Below are positions 25,042 through 30,035 of a stretch of DNA of 30,035 nt, one piece after another. The stretch covers positions 1 to 30,035 of the forward strand of contig JBLFWS010000025.1 of the NCBI GenBank assembly GCA_047611865.1, written 5' to 3'. Under the pieces are notes generated by a model. It worked only from the letters and a program-made list of their open reading frames with translations, was not told where the DNA came from and made no database searches. This DNA is from Chlamydiales bacterium. Its GTDB lineage: Bacteria > Chlamydiota > Chlamydiia > Chlamydiales > JBDQID01. The translations under genes were made by a program, and so were the position numbers. Every line of letters begins with the position of its first letter. Position 1 is the first letter of the stretch.

Positions 25042-26580
25042 TTATCTTCCTCCGCCTTCCTTTTCCCAGGCTGCACGGCTTAAGAGCAAATTTTTCTTCG
25101 CCATTTCGTTGTCCTCTTGAATCTCAAGAGCGTGCTCGAAAAAGCACATTGCATCTTCATAACGTTTCATTTCATAGAAAAGCACACCCATATTCAAGAT
25201 AATCAAAGATTCTTCCTTCGAAACGCTATAAAAATTGTCCCAGATATTGTGCATCGTTTGGGCTAGCTTATCCTTCATCTTCTGATCAGCGGAAGTAATC
25301 TTTTTTCTTATTTCATCGAAAAAGGCATGAAAGTTACTGACATCCCAATGGCCCAACTTAAGAAGAAAGAGCATGTGGTCTAAATCTGTGTGTTTCAGAT
25401 TCTCATTTACACTGTTGACCATAGACCAATAATTTTGAGGTTCAAAAGCATCCATACCCTCACGATAGGCTAAAGTCGTCTCCGGGAAATCCTTAGCCTC
25501 TCCCCCCTGGATCCCTGCCAGAACTACAAAAGAGGGATCTGGAGAGGTCGTTGTTAACGCCAGCCCTTCCTTCATTTGGAAGTAAGAGGACAAAGCATGG
25601 TAGTTAACCGGAATGGAAAAACTTGCGTGTTTGGAAATCACAGGCTCGCCCGAGTCAACGACCTGTTGACTCGTGCAAACACCTTGATCACCTACGAGAA
25701 GAAGGTAGCGATCCTTTGTTAAACGAGAAACAAAGCGTATCGCTTCAAAAGCTCCAGATGGAAACAAAAAAGGTATACCACCAAAATTTTGAGTATAATT
25801 CTTTAGGAGTATATTAAGGTCTGGATGATTGGGGTAATAGTTATCTGGATCTTCAATATCGTAGTAAGAGTATTGACATTGTAAGTAATCGATTATTGCG
25901 GGGTCTTCTGGATCAGAGACCTCACCATCCTGAACATATAAAGAGACTCTACCTTCTTTGAGTTTTCCTTTTTTAGTATAGAATAAATCCTGATGGACAG
26001 TGTCGAAAAAATAGTTACCGATAACCACTGAAGGGTTCCGCATACTTTCCCGGTCCAAAGACAGCCCTGATTCTTTTAGCTGTAAGCCCGGTGTGTCTTT
26101 ATCTCCCAGGCGGTAGTAGGCAAAGTCGAGAATGCCTTTCTCTATAAAGGGCTTCAGCCGTGGGTGCTTCCTCAGTGAGGATATATTATCCTCCACCATA
26201 TCCGTCATAATGTAACGCAATTTAATTTTGCTGAGGGGATGACCTTCCAGCCATCCAAGGAGGTGCTTTAGAAAAAGAAAACCGAATCTACCGGAACCTG
26301 CTCCCAAATCTAAAATGTTAACGGGTTCATTTAGATCCAAAGCCATCTCTCCCTTAGCTGCCGCACAATCTCGTAAAAAACCCAAGACCACCTGTGCATA
26401 CCGACGGGCAGTAAAAGGGTTACTCGTGATGTAAAAGGGTACTCCCTTATGGCTCCATGCCGTAGGTCCGAATTGCGTATATGCTGTTGTCTGCAAATCC
26501 CACAGTAGGCATTCAGAAAACCGCGTACTCTCCTGCACTATAACCTTGTCTGTTGAACCCTTCGATATACTCACGCACAC
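25042..26580 (-). CDS. SAM-dependent methyltransferase-like protein (MidA/NDUFAF7-like) with C-terminal TPR
   Basis: Motif I ILDLGAGSGRFG, YIMTD, VVIGNYFFD; TPR-like LNMGVLFYEMKRYEDAMCFFEHALE. SD AGGAG before the GTG. Confidence 0.7.
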   Translation of the reverse strand: MCVSISKGSTDKVIVQESTRFSECLLWDLQTTAYTQFGPTAWSHKGVPFYITSNPFTARRYAQVVLGFLRDCAAAKGEMALDLNEPVNILDLGAGSGRFGFLFLKHLLGWLEGHPLSKIKLRYIMTDMVEDNISSLRKHPRLKPFIEKGILDFAYYRLGDKDTPGLQLKESGLSLDRESMRNPSVVIGNYFFDTVHQDLFYTKKGKLKEGRVSLYVQDGEVSDPEDPAIIDYLQCQYSYYDIEDPDNYYPNHPDLNILLKNYTQNFGGIPFLFPSGAFEAIRFVSRLTKDRYLLLVGDQGVCTSQQVVDSGEPVISKHASFSIPVNYHALSSYFQMKEGLALTTTSPDPSFVVLAGIQGGEAKDFPETTLAYREGMDAFEPQNYWSMVNSVNENLKHTDLDHMLFLLKLGHWDVSNFHAFFDEIRKKITSADQKMKDKLAQTMHNIWDNFYSVSKEESLIILNMGVLFYEMKRYEDAMCFFEHALEIQEDNEMAKKNLLLSRAAWEKEGGGR

Positions 26581-26798
26581 ACTCCTTTTCTCAATGAATT
26601 GCCCATCGAATGTTATAGTGCCTATCGTAACATCATTGTTTTATATAGGTGAATCCCTAAAAAATGAATTTGAAGCATCAAGATTTTATAAAGGTCAAAA
26701 TAGAACGGGTATTATTCAGTATTTATTTAAAAACAACTAAAACACCATCTTTTATTAAAATTAATATACAAGTTTAGTTACATAGTTTTGTATGATTT

Positions 26799-26807
26799 TG
26801 CTATAAT
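26799..26807 (+). promoter_or_regulatory. Extended -10 promoter for the OTU gene pair
   Basis: TGCTATAAT in an AT-rich intergenic region. Confidence 0.45.
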
Positions 26808-26861
26808 AAATGTTACGGCCGGTAATCTTATTTATCAGCCAACAAAAATGGGAGGGAAACC

Positions 26862-28325
26862 ATGGGGAGTATCGACACTATTAACCTTAATCTCATGCTA
26901 GTGGTAACTTCTCTCGAAAAGCTAGAACTTCTAGAAGGCCGGGTCAATGATGTAGTTGTCAGTATGTTCTCAGAGAAATTCTCCCAACCAGAATTACTTG
27001 AAATGCACCAAGAAGTGCACTCTATGACGGATGAAATGAATACCATCCATGGTAAAGTTGCGGAAATCCTAGGTACTACAGACAGACTATTTTCTGAAAT
27101 TTTTCAATATAATGACATCGAAGTTGCTGAGGCTATTGAACTTGTGAAAAGCCACAGCCTTTTCGAAGATCTTTTGTCCGATAGCACTGGAAAAATGTAC
27201 TTTATTCAAGAAGTTCAGGAGATCAACCACCAATTTCATGTGGAATGCACCCTCAACAACCTCGAAAATGACTATAATCATATCATTTGCGAGCCATCTC
27301 AATATAAAAAGTTAAGCTCTCTATACTCTCTTAATCATCGAATTCCTTCATTAAACCATCAAACTCCCCCAGGATTCAGACAACGCATACTTGATCTTCA
27401 TGATCTAATCCAAAACAACATCTGTGCTCTCTCTCCTTCAGACTCTGAAAACCTGCAACAATTCGATGTGGAGACCCTGTCTAATGAAATTAAAGATATC
27501 GAGTTGACCCTTGTGGAGTGCAGAAACCTGCCTTGTGAAAACCCTCAAGGATTTATGGACGTTCGCCAAAGACTACAGGAATTACAAAGTGAACTGGAAG
27601 AATTCCATGGTATCATCTTATCTCAAAAAGGGACGAATAGTCAGGTGGCTATACATAAAATTCAAGACTATGCCTCAAACCTTCTTGAAGAAATCGAAAT
27701 ACTTTTACGGGAGAACCTAAAGGCTCTGCAAGTATGTGTGAAGCATTCCTTGCAGTCTATAGAAACTCCCAACAAGGGGGACTGCCTCTTCCTCTCTCTC
27801 CAACAGCAGGTAGAGGGATGCTCTCACGAAAAGTTTAGGGAGATTGCCGTCAAGTATTTGAAAGAACATAAAAACGACTACAAAAACGCCGTTTGCGACT
27901 CTATGATCAACGATATCGATCTACAATACACCTACAGCTGCTTCCTGAGATCCTTAGGTGAAGACATTATGGCCAAACGCTTCGGGTATCAAGAAGATGA
28001 TATACGAAATGCCGACAATAGATTTCTGACGGAGCTCGGTTTAAATCAGCTGAACGACGCCCTCGAAAAAGAACTGGGAACCTCCCCCGATAGTTTTGAC
28101 CGTTATTGTAAATGGATGAGTGAAAGTCAACAATGGGGTAGCGACTTAGAAATAGATGCTATCAGTAAGAAACTTGATAGGCCTGTTATTCTTTTCAAAG
28201 GCGATGGTTCCATATTTGAAAAGATTGTCAATGGGAGGCTACCGGGCTACCCGCTCCTCCTTCACCATGTCAGCGACAAGCACTTTCAGCCCCTGGTCTC
28301 TCGGCCACAAGTGCGCAAAAGATAA
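26862..28325 (+). CDS. Helical/coiled-coil protein with C-terminal OTU deubiquitinase domain (putative effector)
   Basis: PNKGDCLFLSL (Cys308), WGSDLEIDAISKKL, HHVSDKHFQPL (His474): Cys-box, WG..E helix and His-box of OTU proteases. Confidence 0.82.
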   Translation: MGSIDTINLNLMLVVTSLEKLELLEGRVNDVVVSMFSEKFSQPELLEMHQEVHSMTDEMNTIHGKVAEILGTTDRLFSEIFQYNDIEVAEAIELVKSHSLFEDLLSDSTGKMYFIQEVQEINHQFHVECTLNNLENDYNHIICEPSQYKKLSSLYSLNHRIPSLNHQTPPGFRQRILDLHDLIQNNICALSPSDSENLQQFDVETLSNEIKDIELTLVECRNLPCENPQGFMDVRQRLQELQSELEEFHGIILSQKGTNSQVAIHKIQDYASNLLEEIEILLRENLKALQVCVKHSLQSIETPNKGDCLFLSLQQQVEGCSHEKFREIAVKYLKEHKNDYKNAVCDSMINDIDLQYTYSCFLRSLGEDIMAKRFGYQEDDIRNADNRFLTELGLNQLNDALEKELGTSPDSFDRYCKWMSESQQWGSDLEIDAISKKLDRPVILFKGDGSIFEKIVNGRLPGYPLLLHHVSDKHFQPLVSRPQVRKR

Positions 28326-28355
28326 CCTCCACTTAGATAGAAAAAGGAGTACAGC

Positions 28356-29990
28356 ATGAGTGATGACCATTCCAAAGACAACCCCACTATCATTGAATTT
28401 CCCAAGGAGGACACTGATCTTAAACTAAGTACTATTTCACAGATGTTCGAGGATAAATTTCGGATACTTGAAGAATTTGAATTAGAACTTCAGCACCTCA
28501 CTACAGAAATCGTAGAAGAAGAAGGTGACAGCGAGCACTTAAGAAAAGACCTGGACTACATTCTCGAACGAATCAAAGTCACCCGTATGCTCCACATCAA
28601 ACTTCAGGGAGCGGTCTCTGACTTGCAGCAAACGTTTATTCATTCTTTAAGTGAGGGCACACTATACCCAGAGGAATCACAACGTGTCACCTGTGATTTA
28701 GCAGAGCTGGACAAAGCTTGTAAGATCCTCGACAGCCATATCAAGAAAATTAATGACATCCACAACCTCATCCAATATCTGGAGCATGATTTTAGGATCT
28801 CGGAAATATCACAGAAAATTGATACGGACTGTAATCCTCAGCAAACCTTAGCGGAGCTCCACCAGCTCCAGGAAGAGATACAATTTGATGAAGACTGGGA
28901 TCACTCCGATGATAACATGCTCTTTTTAAAGGAGATTCAACATCAGGTCGGTCGCGCAGAAGAACAAATCCGCGGTGAAAGCCTTGATGATCTGATAAAA
29001 GAAACTACCGAGATCTTAAATAATACCCTGACGGAGGAGCATCCCCCATCAGAAAAAATTATAACCCTTCAAAGTCTCTTAGAAGGCTTGGATCTCATAG
29101 AAGAATACTCTTTTAATGACGACTCTTTCCCTCTTAGAAAGCTTCCTATGTACGACAATATGATGAAACAAGCTCAAAGCCTTTATGCTGATATTGAAGA
29201 ATCTATCAACCAGATCTCTAATCAACTGGACCCTCTTGCCGATACCTTGCCGGGCGTAAAAGGAATAATGGATAATGCCGATGATATCCTTGATGACATC
29301 GTCTATGATTTAGAAGTAGGTGAGGATCTCGACATCCAATCCTTCATTGTTTCAAAATACCTTCTTGAAGAGCAGGAAGAGTCTATCAATACTGTCCTGG
29401 AAAAAATGTTCCAATTCACCGGAATTGAAGACCCCGTTCAATACTCTCATTTCCAGGTGGCTCTCACTCGGGCACAAAACATTCGCTCACAGATATACAT
29501 GCAGATGGAGACAACCCAGCACAGCTTTGCAGAGTTTATAAAATCTCAGTACCTCAGAAACAAAGACATCCTCCCTGACAGTGACAGCTTGTACCGCGCC
29601 ACTGCCGAAGCTCTTGACGGAGTACCATGGGAATATCGGGATGCTCTAGAAAAACACCTGCGCGAGCACAATGAAGATGCGACCTACCTTCTTGCTTTAC
29701 AGACTGCCTTAGAGTTTAAAGAGGACAAAACAGGATCTTTTAATATCAACTCTTATGCTGATCTTATGGAATACAACGTGCCCCGTTCTGGTAACAGTCT
29801 AGAAGTTCTAGCTCTGAGTGATTTCCTCAATAAGCCTATCTTTGTCTTCCAGGATTCCTACCATAGCAAAGAGCATTGGGAAGTCTTCCTCTCTCTCAAC
29901 GACCTTTTGATCGTCGATGAAGACATAGAGCCCGTCCTCCTTTTCTATAACGAAGAGGGCTTCTACGAAAACCTTCTGCCTAACGAATAA
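28356..29990 (+). CDS. Acidic helical protein with degenerate, probably inactive C-terminal OTU domain
   Basis: LPDSDSLYRA (Ser411 at the Cys site), GNSLEVLALSDFLNKPIFVF, LFYNEEGFYENL (Phe536 at the His site). Confidence 0.7.
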   Translation: MSDDHSKDNPTIIEFPKEDTDLKLSTISQMFEDKFRILEEFELELQHLTTEIVEEEGDSEHLRKDLDYILERIKVTRMLHIKLQGAVSDLQQTFIHSLSEGTLYPEESQRVTCDLAELDKACKILDSHIKKINDIHNLIQYLEHDFRISEISQKIDTDCNPQQTLAELHQLQEEIQFDEDWDHSDDNMLFLKEIQHQVGRAEEQIRGESLDDLIKETTEILNNTLTEEHPPSEKIITLQSLLEGLDLIEEYSFNDDSFPLRKLPMYDNMMKQAQSLYADIEESINQISNQLDPLADTLPGVKGIMDNADDILDDIVYDLEVGEDLDIQSFIVSKYLLEEQEESINTVLEKMFQFTGIEDPVQYSHFQVALTRAQNIRSQIYMQMETTQHSFAEFIKSQYLRNKDILPDSDSLYRATAEALDGVPWEYRDALEKHLREHNEDATYLLALQTALEFKEDKTGSFNINSYADLMEYNVPRSGNSLEVLALSDFLNKPIFVFQDSYHSKEHWEVFLSLNDLLIVDEDIEPVLLFYNEEGFYENLLPNE

Positions 29991-30035
29991 TTAAGTTCAA
30001 AAGTACCGGAAAACAGAAAGAAAGAAGAGGAAGAG

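Noticed and set aside
1..30035. tRNA or rRNA genes
   Set aside because: No cloverleaf with a T-loop GTTCRA and matching acceptor stem, and no rRNA-like sequence, recognised by eye.

Overview
Chromosomal window from an environmental chlamydia (phylum Chlamydiota; inferred from an NTT/TLC nucleotide transporter, a fused aroDE, a CdsF/DUF5407-like protein and eukaryote-like effectors). Core genes are ntt, aroDE, aroB, pdhABC, a nfeD-nfeD-floA-yqfB-like-yggS operon, phhB and an acyl-CoA desaturase. They are interspersed with accessory genes: the 3' end of an ISAs1-type transposase, a GNAT, an amber-interrupted LRR gene, two tail-anchored U-box proteins, a C8-frameshifted gene, a pentapeptide-repeat protein, and an OTU deubiquitinase next to an apparently dead OTU paralogue. 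Two things stand out. (1) A DUF3800 gene is translationally coupled to a BECR/PBECR-like nuclease gene and faces a convergent ~75-nt structured sRNA with its own promoter and terminator: a candidate RNA-antitoxin or defence system. (2) A ~200-bp non-coding repeat family (3 full copies plus partial ones) has compensatory base changes, GNA triloops and no TIR/TSD; the three genes that run into its 3' end show a strong, polar synonymous-site skew, suggesting the element leaves the adjacent DNA single-stranded or mutagenised. All family calls come from motif recognition by eye, not database searches.
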